64,000 bases of DNA from Ophelia neglecta. Lineage: Eukaryota. Within the stretch, counting starts at the first letter, position 1, and each line of letters opens with the position of its first letter. Under the pieces are notes generated by a model. That model was not told the DNA's origin, ran no database searches, and was given only the letters and a program-made list of their open reading frames with translations. The translations under genes were made by a program, and so were the position numbers. Below are positions 26,611 to 40,341 of the stretch, in pieces. The DNA is taken from contig OZ260661.1 in assembly GCA_965285935.1 (NCBI GenBank), positions 33,108,001 to 33,172,000 of the forward strand, read 5' to 3'.

Positions 26611-29600
26611 CTTTTTTGTTATTGTACACCATAGATTACTTATCCATGAGTTTGTTTTTTAAAAACTTTATATATATTGCCTTTACAACTTTTTATGTAT
26701 TACATTTTATTATGACCTAAATATTCCATTCTCTTATGTGTATATGTTGTGTTACCTTTGTATCTTGTATTATATGTATTTAATTGATCTACCTGGAAAT
26801 AAACATTCATTCAGTTACCCTTCCCGAAAGATGAAAGAAGAAACCTTGAAAGCAATTGTGATCTTGGCCTTTGAAAGTCTTTTGAAATCTTTGTCACTTC
26901 ATTTCAATGTGACAGTCTATCTTTGATCTTACTTTTTCACGTCTATATAAATGTTTCAGTGTCTGGTTCGCCTCCTCCCACGGTATACTTTGTTTCCTTT
27001 ACCCTCTTCCTAGCTGAATGTGCTTGTCACTCGTCCAGTTCCTACCAAGTCTTCGTCAGTGTGTTCGTACCAATATATACTTCTTTCCCTACACTTCAAA
27101 TATATCTCACAATTAGTGTATTTTGTTTTCATCAGGTGGTTGCTGGATGAGGTAAAAGGGATTAGAAACAAAACCTTTAATTGGAAAGACCTATTCACTT
27201 TTCCCACAAAATCGGGGAAAGACTCGGCTAGTTTGACACTTTTCCTGGAAACGTACGTTGTCATTCGCGATCATAAACAATTGATTTGCCAATGTAATGA
27301 CTTGAAGAGTTTATAGTAGGCAAATCCTGCCCCTACCACACTCAATCTGAAATATAGCCTCTGCAAGAGATTCATACACGATATTGAGTTTGGATAAACT
27401 ATTAATAATTTCGAAACACACATAGTGTGTTGAACCGATTTTAAAGCGGACATACCAAGCCCTACTACATCTTGTTAGTACAGTTAATTTAACCACACTT
27501 ATGTTACAGCCAATGGAAAAAAGAGACCGAGAAAAAGAACCCATCGTTACTCAAGGCGGCTTTGAAAACATTCTGGAAGGATCTGGTCATCATGCTGCCT
27601 TTGTCCCTTACAACGGTCAGATATAAATACCAATTCCAGTTTTCATCCAATCCTTGACCTTTTTGTATTCGGTATTACGGCAATTCTATTACGAGGCAGG
27701 AACCACAACTAGTTATTGATTTGTGAATAACTTTACAAACGTGCCCGTGATCGGAAGATTTAAATCATTTCACTTTTATTGTAGGCCGCCATATTTCTGA
27801 GCCAACCTGTGTTAATTGGACACGTGGTTAATTTCCTGTTGGAAAAGCCGGACACCAGCTCGACTTCGGCAATGGGTATGGCTGGAGTAATAGTGGGAAT
27901 TTCTCATTTCATATCAGCTAGGAATGAAATTACGAACAGCTCTTACCGGCATTATATATAAGAAGGTAACACAAAAATACCCTTTTATTAATACAGGCAA
28001 AATAAACAATTTTTTCCATTTTGTTAAGATTAAAGACAATGCTTTTCGTAAAATAACCGCGGATTAGATTTAGTTTTCACAATAATGAGAGAACACTATT
28101 ACTTGCATTATTTAACCTTTTACATCAATCGATAGCCCTCTTATTTGTCCCGCCCAGATTCTCTCTATGAACAGCCAAACACTTCAATATACCAACCCTG
28201 GGCGCATAATCAATTTGATGTCATCAGATTTAGAGGCGATAATTCAGGTGCGTATTTTTGCGATTGCATTTAAGTTAAAAACCAAGATGTATAATCAGTA
28301 TGTTATTACAAAAAGCGGTATAAGATATCTCACAAACATATCAATATGGACTATTCTAATCAATCGATCTTAACTTATAAGGGACCATAGGTTGCTGGCA
28401 CTCCAACATCCATCCAGTTCCTTTTTTTTGCTGTAAATAAGCTTGTAATGATATTAACAACTCTATCTTTTCAATAACGACCATATCACATGTTGTCTCA
28501 ACTCACAATCTCATAATTATAATATTCATCCTATTATACAAATTGCTTTATCGATAATTAATCCGATTTAGTTAGCATGACTATAACATGACCATACCAA
28601 TAAGTTAGCATTACAAGACAGGGAATTTTATTTTAGCACCATGAAAAACGATAAGAGTTTTTACAAACATTCATAGAATCAGTAAAAATTCGTTCTATTG
28701 ACCATTCTAACATGGTACTCTTGGAGAAATTACCAAAAGGTTCTGACACAGCACTTTTAAAAGTGTGTGGATTAGCTTCCTGGACAACCACGGTTAATTA
28801 AGACGATTTCCTTATTTTCTGTTCCTAAAAAAACAGCATACGGGTTATAATGACAAATTCACTTCTATCTAATTAGACATTTCCAACTAGCATAATTGAG
28901 TTTATATTTTTTGATTTGTTATCCCACAAAACTATGTTGTCAAACGGCTATGGGCAACGTAATAAAATTTCAAAATAAACATTAATTAATAACCTTTAAG
29001 ATGGGAGCTTTGCATGCATTCGAGATTTTAGGCCATTTCATTAATTTGTTTCGCTGTTGACTAATGGGATAACTATCGACTCAAAGACCGATGGATGATT
29101 AAGCCAATCTGTCTTGTTGAAGGTTGAAAGTGTTGGGCAATTTAACGTAAACAACAACCCGTAAAACCTTATTTTGTTGATACTATGAGACATTTGTGTT
29201 TAAATGTTTGATTGAAAATAGCAAATAATAAACACCTTAATAACACTGCATCTAATGATATTATAAATTTTCACCAGCCCGATGGTCAAAGTTATATTTG
29301 TTGGTTTATATATTTAATCTGTTGTTGATTTTTGTAAGCATTCTCATAAATCAATTAAAATCATCGTGTCTGTAACAGAAACAATTTTAATAACCAAAAC
29401 ATTTGCAGGCATTTCATTCTTTTTTATATATTGTAGTGGTGTAACGATGCTGCGCATCTGTGGACAACGCCACTGGCTACTACTGTAGGACTGGTTCTTA
29501 TATGGCTAGAGTTCGGCTTGATCGTTCTGGCCAGTACTGGTTTCTTCTTATGCGTTTTTTTTCTGAATTTGAATATCGGGAAATTCATCGGCAGAATAAG

Positions 29601-31916
29601 GCAACTCATTTTTAATAGAAACTTCAATTTTCCTACGCTAAATCTTATGTTTACTTAATTGTCACCTTAAGCATTAATTTTGTATTAATTGAATTTCACC
29701 ATGCACTATTTCACGCAATATAAGCATGATATTTTACAGTTAATTGTCGTTGATTATATAAGATCAAGAAACTAATCAACCATTTTTCAGAATCCAAACT
29801 GCTTCGAGGACCGACCAGCGTGTAAACTTGACGAACGAGGTGCTAGTCGGAATAGCCGTTATAAAGGAGTACTGCTGGGAAAAACCATACACAGCGATCA
29901 TAGGCAAACTGAGACAGTAAGCCGTTTGGCCCGAATTCACAAATCTTGTTTGTATTAATTTTGCATGAATATTAAACAAACTTTTCCGCCGGCAGTACTT
30001 TTCGTACATTAAAACACTTTAATCGTCAGGGATGACTCCACCACCACCACTTATCATTATAGCACTCTATCATCATGTGAATATTGAACTTATTTATGTA
30101 AGTAACTATAATGTTCAAATCCAAGAAGAGCGTATATTTATCTTTGTTAACTGTGACTTTTTTGTGGTATTATTCCATTTTCCGTAATTGAATGAGATGT
30201 TCTGAAATTTAGAACAGAAATGACAATGCTGCTCCGCAGTTTACTAATGCAAGGGCTACCGCGGACCGGCTATTTTATTAATGGAAGATTGGCCGCTTAT
30301 CTGGTACTTTCAAGTATCACATTTCTTGGAGTTCCATTGTCAGCTGACAAAGTCGTAAAGCTGCTAGGTTGGCTAGAAGTTCTCCATATGATGAACAGTG
30401 TGTTTGCCGTGTGTCTTGGAGACATGATGGAAAGTGTAACATCATTGCACAGAATACAGGTTTGTATCAATTGTCAACCCCTTCGTGCTGTTAACAATAA
30501 TAAATAACACTCTTATCCCATCTGTTTCCACGATAGGAAGAAAGTCACTAGTTACTAGGGATCCATTGATTAAATAAAGGAGAAGTAAATAGCGACATTT
30601 AATCTTCTTTAGGAATACCTCTTCATAAACAATAATATTGTTAATGACAATGCGAATCATCTGATGGATGACAACTGTGCTGTCAAGATGACTGATCTCA
30701 CCACAGGTTGGAAATGGCCGAGCCGGCAGGTGTTAACATCAGAGGAACCTAACTGTATCAACTCAACGGTGAAAGCATGCCATACAATGTTTACTTGCTA
30801 GAGCATCAAGATATTTTCCGTCTGTAAGTTCCAAATTGGTAGCATTCTTTTTATTCATACTTTATCAATTTTATTTTTCAAATAGTTCCGGACGCAGAAG
30901 TGTCATGATGAATATAGGCTAAAATGCGGATCCTTAACCTGTCTAAAGGTAGTTATGATAGTCCACCGCTCTTTGGTCTAGTGCATACAGCGGGATTATG
31001 TATCAAAGTAACTCTTTATTAACAATACATTGTACATTCCCTTTAATCGGAGCATCCTCTGTTTCATGCTTACTTTCTATCTAAGGATGAGCTTGTCTTA
31101 ATTGCGGGGCCAGTTGGAGCAGGCAAGGTTAGTTGGATGAAGAATAACATTACGTTTGTCTGAATTCAACTTATTATGCATTCTATTTGCCTCAGTAAAC
31201 AAATAATGGTGTGATAATGACCTTTTCCTTAAGACTTCATTACTGATGTGTCTACTTGGGGAAATGCCAAGCATAGAAGGGAAGCTGTCCCGTCCCCGAT
31301 CAGTGTCATATTACCCCCAGGAACCTTGGGTAATGTCATCCTCTGTCAGAGAAAATGTGTTATTTGGCAGTGAATACATAAAGGAAAAATACTGGAGAGT
31401 TTTACGGTCATGTGACTTGGACCAGGTGTGCATTGATTAAATAGTGAATGCGAAAATATCTGTTGATTTTATCTGGTAAGGATACTTACACAGAAGTAAT
31501 AATGAGTTTCATTTATTTGTTACATGTCGCCTTAGGACATTGCCGGGTTTAAGTTTGGGGATGCCACGTTGGTAGGAGAGCGTGGTGCTGCTTTAAGTGG
31601 AGGGCAAAAAGCTCGAGTTAGTCTAGCAAGGTTTTTACATTGTTCGCTTATTATATATATTTTTGTTTTGTTTGATACAATACTGGTTATAATGGCCATT
31701 TAGATCTTGGGTTGCGTGCATCTTATCCTTTACAGCGCAAAGGGAAATTCCGGTGCACATTTGACCCTTTATATGGTACATCGTGCAGCGTTCATGCTTT
31801 TTTTCTACAATGTAATAGCTTGCGACAGGAAGGTGAAATATAGAACGACCTTAAACAAATATAATCATTTGTTTTTGCTAACAAATCACATTGTTCATGT
31901 GTATAATTTATTTTAA

Positions 31917-32006
<90 letters not shown>

Positions 32007-35000
32007 TAAGCGAAGTATACATTTGTACATTTCCATTGTTCATTTTTGAGTCCATTGACACTGTCGTAAATAAATAAAACGTCTGCGTCTGTATACGCAT
32101 ATTGTAACTGATAATTCCTGTTTTCCATTCCAAGGGTTATCTGTGGATATTTGAAAGGAAAATCCCGTTTTCTCGTAACTCATCATTTACAATATACTGA
32201 TAAAGCCGACACAGTGATCGTCATAAAGAACGTAAGATCAAGAAAGAACAATATCTATAATTGATTTATACTGCCTTTGATATAAACTAATATAAGTTGT
32301 GGTAGATTTATACCATGACTGGACAAGTTGTCAGACTGCAGCATTAGAAAGGTGGCTGCGCTGTACATGTGCTGTTGACCCAATCTGTACGTTCTATCTA
32401 ACAAGATGGTACGGCAAGGTCAAACTTACAAATTGCACAACAGGCGCATAAACTGAATGTAGTATTACGTAGATAAAGTATTTGCAGATTTAATCAAAAG
32501 TGCTTTAATTCACAGAGCTGTTTGAGAGAGATAAGCAGCACATCCAAGGAAGAATTGAAATACGCAGTTCAAGAATTAATGTCAGACATGGCGAACAAAG
32601 ACTTTAAAGCAGACGATGATTCGTATACCATCTCAACCTCGGACCATAGTGCTCAGGTCGATTGCATGACGTTGTCATTCCAGTTTGAATTAAATTTCTT
32701 ACATAGTCACAAGAATACGTGACTGTAATTGATTAACGTTTGCAAAATTAATTGAGGCTTAAGATAAATCCAAAACACAAACATGTTCAAAAATAAAAAT
32801 TACAATATATGTCAACTTAAAGTGAATTGAAGAAACGCCATAATACTTCATGTTATATTTATTTGTAGATCAATGCGGACGCCATCAACACTGATCAAGA
32901 GGAGTTAAGTGAGACTGGAACAGTGTCATGGAATGTATACTGGCAATATTTCCTTGCTGGTCGCGGTAATTGTTGGTTTGTTGTCTATCTGCTTCTGGCA
33001 ATACCAAGTCAAGTACGTGGGTCTTGTTTGATTGGTTGATTGAAATAGTCATTATCAGAGATACATAAAATATAAATGCTTAACAGATCATTGAATAAAT
33101 AAAAACATATAATAACAAAGGCTAGAATCAACTTTCAATGTAAATAAGCACATGCTAAAAGGGGTAGCCCAATGTTGATATAATATAGTTACATAGATTA
33201 CTAGTAAATACCGGCTGATTACATAGCTATTCATTACTTTCGAACGTGTATCAACTTGACTTTGATATACAAGGAGCTAATCAAGAAAAGTGTAGACTAC
33301 TCAAAATATTATGTTGATCATAGAAAGTTTATTGACATCATTATTGCATTGCATTTCAGGTTAGTTATGTGCTTTCTGATTGGTGGCTTTCGATTTGGTA
33401 GGTGTAACTTTTAGTGCATACAATGGCAATTAATAATTTTGCTATACGATTTAATGATCCATTGATATATACCAAAACCGCTTATGTATACTAAACAGCC
33501 ATAGGGGGCATCTCAAAGAATAGAAGTTTCCAGTTCGACAAATGTACGGTTATTTGAATTTTCGTCCCTTTCGGTCTGCCTTTCATTCTATTTGAGTAAC
33601 ATAGGCACAATTAAGAATAGAAAAAATAGAATGTAAAACACCTAAAGCTATAGACATGTAAATTGATCTCACTGTTCCATGCTTTCAGGGCACGACATGA
33701 CGAAAATTATTGGCTGAATTCTACTAACGCAAACATGACTATATCTGCCGGAGAAGACTCTTCTTTTTTCCACTTCAAGATATATTCAGTTCTTATTTGG
33801 TCAATGATTGGTTTTCGAATGTATACGAGCATTGTTCTGTTCATATTTACAACCACAGCTTCCAAAAATCTCCATCGGAGTATGTTCAGCCGTATCGTTG
33901 GGGCTCCACTGACCTTTTTTGAAACAACGCCAGTTGGTAGGCATTTAAAACAAACTTTTTTGTTCTTTTAACCATCTTTCGTGTAGCTTCGTACAATCAC
34001 TGCGAGGAAAAGGCAATATAATAATAAGGTAATTCTATTTGGAAATATAATCATCCCTTTATTATGAAATAATAAATTTGATCAAATAATGTTAGCATTT
34101 AATTATGCAAATGACGTATAAGAGAAATCAAAAATCACAATTGATAAAAGGAAACATGATTAACGGAATAAAATTCTCCTACGGGTGGTTACTTGAGAAT
34201 GATAGCCAACTAACGAATTGTCTTTCTCTTTAAAATTATAAAACCGATATACATTATTTAAACACACTGCATTATGTCCACGAATGTATCCGAGAGCCTG
34301 AGCATGGTGCCAAAATAATATGATTGTTTCTGTTTGTTCCACAGGAAGTATCCTCAACCGATTTGCTAGAGACATTGGTCTAATTGATAACCAGCTAGCT
34401 AAAGTAGGCTACCTGATGATTGCGGTAAGAATTCTACGATGAGAGTAGATGTTTACCTTCATGAATGTTACCCCACAGATAGTGTTCTTCACTGGTTTCG
34501 CATACGAAGGATCCTAGTAATTAGGTGCATGTTGTCTGCCAAGGTGTTCGTTCCTATACAATACCCAAAAGATATATTTAGCGGAAAATATGCTTTTGCC
34601 TTTACATAGTTTTTATCTAAAAGTGTTCACCATTGATGATACTGAAGCGTTATCATATGAATAAACTAATGACAAAAATACCTCTTTCCCCAGCACCTCT
34701 TGAATGCGTTGGGATTTCTGTTGTTTGTGATTACCGTAAACCCATACACAGTGATAGTAGCAATTCCCTATGTCACGATAGTTTTCTTCTGTAGACGATT
34801 TGCCCTTTCAGCGTGCAGAGAATTGAAACTGTTGGAAACAATATGTAAGTTGACCGCTTTTGTCTGCTTCCCAACGACCTTTGTCTTCTTAAAATCATTT
34901 TTGTCATGGACTGTTTGTAACACTTTTTTTAGACAAACCATTATAATTGTAATGAAAGAGAGTCGTACATCATCACGATTGGATAAATGGTCATTCAATG

Positions 35001-35139
35001 GGAATGCAAATGGTTGAACATTATTAGAACATCAAATGTGCATTTCAAATCAGTTCGTGCAGCTGTGATATTTTTTCTTGGGCCTGGTTTAATCAATCTT
35101 ATTATTGTCGTTTGGAAAAACGCAAATATGATTTAGCCT

Positions 35140-35255
35140 CATCGAAAGTGTCACATAGAAAAAATGCTCGGGATTTTCAGGCGACTGCCCACATTTGCAC
35201 ATACATAATTGATTAAAAATAAATAAAAATTGAGTGAGTTGTGTCCAAGTTTTGA
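35140..35255 (-). mobile_element. Ancient CR1/Jockey-group ORF2 C-terminal remnant in an intron (also about 1-60 and 56730-56850)
   Basis: Minus-strand frames give LGHNSLN..LF and CKCGQSPENPEHFF, like the LINE ORF2 C-terminal zinc knuckle. Confidence 0.4.
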
Positions 35256-38200
35256 TCGAGGCATAATTAATGAGGGGAATTGAATGCCTCACTATTGGTA
35301 ATTTGTAGCAGAAATGGATCGGACTCAGTACAGATTTCGTTTCAAAATTCACTGTATTTCATATCCCCTTTAGGCAGAAGTCCTGTGTATAGCCACACCT
35401 CATCAACATTAGACGGCCTCTTGGTCATCCGGGCATTAAGAAAGGGAGAGCAGTTCATTGCACAGTTTCACGGGAAACAGGACCGACACACGATGGCTTG
35501 GTTCCTCTTTGTGTCGTGTTTCCGGGCCCTAGGACTTTGGATCAGCATTGTTTCTACCTTATACATGGCCGCAATACTCATTGCCGCCTTTCTGAGCAGC
35601 TCACGGGGTAAGATTCTGGTGCTGCTTAACCACTGCATAGTCTTTATCCTTTCAATGTTCTTGCCTATGTTATTTCATAACAGATTACATGTTGGACCGA
35701 CCCATTGACCGAATAAATACAGTATAAACCAAAATACCAACAAAGCAAAAATGATACTTCAGTGCTGGTTGCTTGACAAACCTTCGATCGCATTATCAAT
35801 ATCATAAATATTTAGGGAAGTTGCTGGAAAAGCAAAATAATCGAAATCCAAAACTTTCGCAATTCAATTGCTATATTGCTTCTATTTAAATATTGAAAAA
35901 TGTATCCCTCTAGCAGCATGTCCACTACCCCCTGATTTCTTAGCTTTGAATGCCTCTTCACACCAAGGATATATATAAATTTATCAAATAATCTATATTG
36001 ATCACATTCAAAAGAACATTCTTTTTAGGAGTAGGGCTATCTTTTCATCTTGTTCATTCTCAAAAAATGTATTCCTAGTTGTCTGTCATTTACCATATCT
36101 ACAAACTGTTTTCTCTGCGTTTTAAAAGATTTTTCCAACACCTCATATTATGGATATTTATAAGTAAATATTATATAAGTAAATTCGTTTTGTTATCGTC
36201 TTTCTGTTATAATGTCAGAAGAGGTCTACGTTTATCTTCTTTGGGATTGGTGTTTGTGGGCCTGCAGCAGGTGGTTCTTAATCCGTTAATATATTATTAC
36301 TGCTTAATAATGTTGCTTTGTCTTCCAAGTAGCCAATCCCATTGTTTGCATATGTTTAGATAATTAATCATTATATGTTTGGGACGATATGTAATGCCTT
36401 TCAATGTGACGTATCTCTTTTGATTCTGAGTATTTGACTCTAGATATTTGGCCTTAACTGTTAAAGCATCTTTTTTTTTCAAATCCACAGTTCTCCCCTA
36501 TTCATCCCGTTATGAAGCCGTTATATATCCTTTGACGGCCGCCTTTCTGTTGCTATTAAATTTATTGCTAAACTGTACAGATTCAATATTTCATTGTTCT
36601 ATCAATCAAAATGATAACACTGGTGACGAGAAGTAGCTATTAGTATTAAAATTAAATATACTTTTATATAAATTCAAATATCACCAATTTCTTTTCCCCG
36701 AAAATTGTGACATGACGCCAATTCGCTACTCTCCATATTTTCTAGGTGTCAAGGTTCATTACTGAACCATGTAAACTGTGTATTATCAAGAAAGACATTG
36801 CCTTAAAAATCACAAATCACAACGACATTACGTATTCACTATATTATTTTTACTAGAAACGAAACAATCTGTAGATATTCAAGTTCGATTTGTCATACCT
36901 TTCTTGCGTCTTGTGTTAGCTAATAAATTGTTTGATCCATCTCCGGATCGGCTTTTGTTTAATTAAAGGTAATAATGGAACACTTGTTGGATTCGCTTTG
37001 ATTCAAAATGTCTTAATGATTGACATGCTGCAATATAGCGTGAGCCTCTCTTCAGAATTTGAAAACACGGTACGTATATATAATAGCAATATTCTAACAA
37101 CACAAATCCCACCTAAATGTAACTTTGTTATATACTCATATATTGTTGAGCAGGTGGCATGAGACAATGATCTTTGGTTTGGACAATGTCTCCAATCCCC
37201 ATTACAATACCTTTTCATCACTTATCTTATTGACTTTGATCAGATTCTTTAATATCTTAACATTGCCTTGACTGTTTGAAACAGGACCGAATTATCCATA
37301 TCACCTCCATATCCAAAAATTTTATTGAATTGGCAAACTGTTCTCATATCATAAGATATGTACATAATTGGATACCCTAAACGTTGAGCACTAATCTTGT
37401 TTCAGATGACATCTGTTGAAAGAGTCCTTTCTTATACAAAGCTTGACCAAGAATTTTCTTTACCCTCCGTGTTTCGCAGTCCTAAAGACTGGCCTTCACG
37501 GGGAGATATCTCCTTTAATAATGTCTGTATGAAATACTCGGAACACGGAAAAAGTATTCTCAATAACATGACGTTTACGGTCAAAAATGGAGAAAAGGTA
37601 GCAATCGAAGTGCAGAATTCAAATTTAATATTCTATTGTAATGGTTGGGTCTTTGAAAAGGATAAGCGTTTATGTATTTAATAAGATAAACATGGCCATT
37701 AATATAATAATGGTAAGGTTTTTGCCCTCATACCGGTTATATACTAATGTAATTGATTGTGCTACATTGTCTACGAAACAGATAGGTATTATTGGAAGGA
37801 CTGGGGCCGGCAAGTCTTCGATATTTAAAGCACTTCTGCGATTGATAGAAACGGAAGGCACAATTTGTATAGATAACATTGATATTAGACAAGTCAGCCT
37901 GACAGACTTGCGGCAAAGTATATCAGTCATTCCACAAGTAGGTTACAGTTATATTAATCATTAAGTTTGCCGATTCTCTGTTGTCAGTTGCTTTTATTTT
38001 CCTTTCAAACATTGAATGATAACTTCAACTCACATTACAGTTATTAAGACTTTTCTTTTTATTAAGGTACATTGTAAATATATGCGTGATATGTACTATA
38101 CAGGTGAACCAAACTATATTGAAGTATCCCTTTTAATTTTTTTTAAGGACCCAATTATATTCACAGGCAGTATAAGGCAAAATTTGGACCCATTGGGTTC

Positions 38201-40191
38201 ATTCAGCGATGCCCAATTGTGGAATTGCCTGGAACAGGTACATGATCTTGACGCATTCTTTAACAACATCTTATTACTTTAAGATGGTATTTCTGTACAT
38301 ACCACTTATCGTCTTAGGGGCAGAATGAGCATTCGGACAAAATGAACATATTATTTACTGCACCGCCATCAGAGCCATCAAGCTAATTAATCTGTGTTGA
38401 AATAAATAAAACATTGCATTGTTTCCGAAATTAACACAATGAGCCGATGTATAGGGCATGCTTAACTTACTGCCTGCTTCCGTAAACTCGCTACTGCCTC
38501 TACAAACAAAAGCTGTACATTTACTATTGATTACAGAATGAAGCTAATGCTTAACAGCGCAGCGTTATAAGTTGGTTCTGTATTAACCTCTTCCTACAGC
38601 CATTCCAAGAAAAATTCTATTTTCCCTAATAATTCGAATGCCTAAGTTTTGGTGTGTGTCATGTGATATATTTATTAGCCGACGTTTTCATTTATTAATT
38701 GCCGGTTTTTTCTTAAGCTGGAGTCAGTCAGAAAGTTAATGCCTAACATCATCTGTAAAACAAATACGACGTTATTTCTCCCTTCATATTTTAAAGGTTC
38801 AGTTGAAAGATGTGGTAGATGAATGGCCGGAAGGATTAAGCAGCCTTATTGGGAAATCCGAAAACAACTTCAGCCTTGGTCAGAAGTAGTTATTTTGTGT
38901 GGCCAGAGCCATACTGAGGTGTAGCAAAATTCTTATCATCGATGAAGCCACTGCGCATGTGGACTACAGGTGAAAAATGTACACCCCAGGGCAGTTTAAT
39001 TGAATTAAGTAATGATACACAAAATATAATTTGATGCTTATTGCAAAGAGGACTAAGCACAGTTGTCTAAGTGAGGAATAATAAACTATTTTTGAGGCTG
39101 CTCAGAGTGATACAACTCAATGAGCAACCGTCTTAAATTCATAGAAACAATCGTTTATCTACGATATCTACGTTCCACGGATTAACCTCACTTCTTACCC
39201 AAAAAGAGTAAGGGGGCACCGATTTTAACATATACGGAAATTTACCGCCCATAAGGGCTATCTTTTTCACAAATTCTTACACAAATAGTATGGTATTGTA
39301 TTGTGTCTTTCCACCAATTATATAATGTTTAGTGTTGTTCTTAGCTAAAACTGGAGCTAAGTTTCTACGAGGTCGATAACCGAATCACCGATTTTTTTTT
39401 TTTGCCTTTGACGTATACCCAGAAACTGCCTGCCTTCAGTGCATTTTTTTCGGGAAACACATCATATAACAAAACAGTAAAACATTTTCTGTCAACTGCT
39501 CCAATAAATCAATGGCCAAGTTAAACTCGTTTCAACCACGTGCGTGTTGAAAGAAGACAAGTATTGTTGTCCATGTCCCTACTTGTCGATGAAGTTGTCC
39601 ATACTGATGGGAATGAGGCAAAAACGTTTGGATATGCGAGGGTTTCATTTAAAATGTGGGAAATTTTTTTCTTAATGCATTTCATAGATTTTCACGTAGC
39701 AACAACATACCCTTTGGGTAATTGTTATGTTTTGTATAAAAATCGATGTACATTTGTGATTATATTAAAACCAGATCGTTCTCTTCGAAAACTACAATAA
39801 TATCTCAGACATTATCTACTCGGTTCAAAGTCAAAATAATTGGACCGCTTAGGCATATAACTTTATCTACATGCTTCCAAAATGGAGAAATGGGTGGGAA
39901 GTATTAGTCCGCCATGCATGATTATAAAATAAATCACTTGTACGCTAGGAAACGTTCAGCTCAGGTAAACTTTTAGGCCAATTAGGTTTTACGCCATTGG
40001 GCAGGACATGCCTCAAGCGTCCGTCCGGTGTTGGGTGACTTCCAGTGGGCATGGCCGTCATTCAAGCACAGGGGTTCGCACGATACGGATGTCCAAGGTC
40101 CTTATGGGTCATGCCATTTCAGATCTCCCACCTATGCATTTAACTTTCACTCGTATGGTTATTAGTTTATCTCGATTTTAGTGTATAATGA

Positions 40192-40341
<150 letters not shown>

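Noticed and set aside
30802-30823. Micro-exon AG|AGCATC...GTCT|GTAAG
   Set aside because: 22 nt would break the frame, and the direct 30768->30886 join is in frame.
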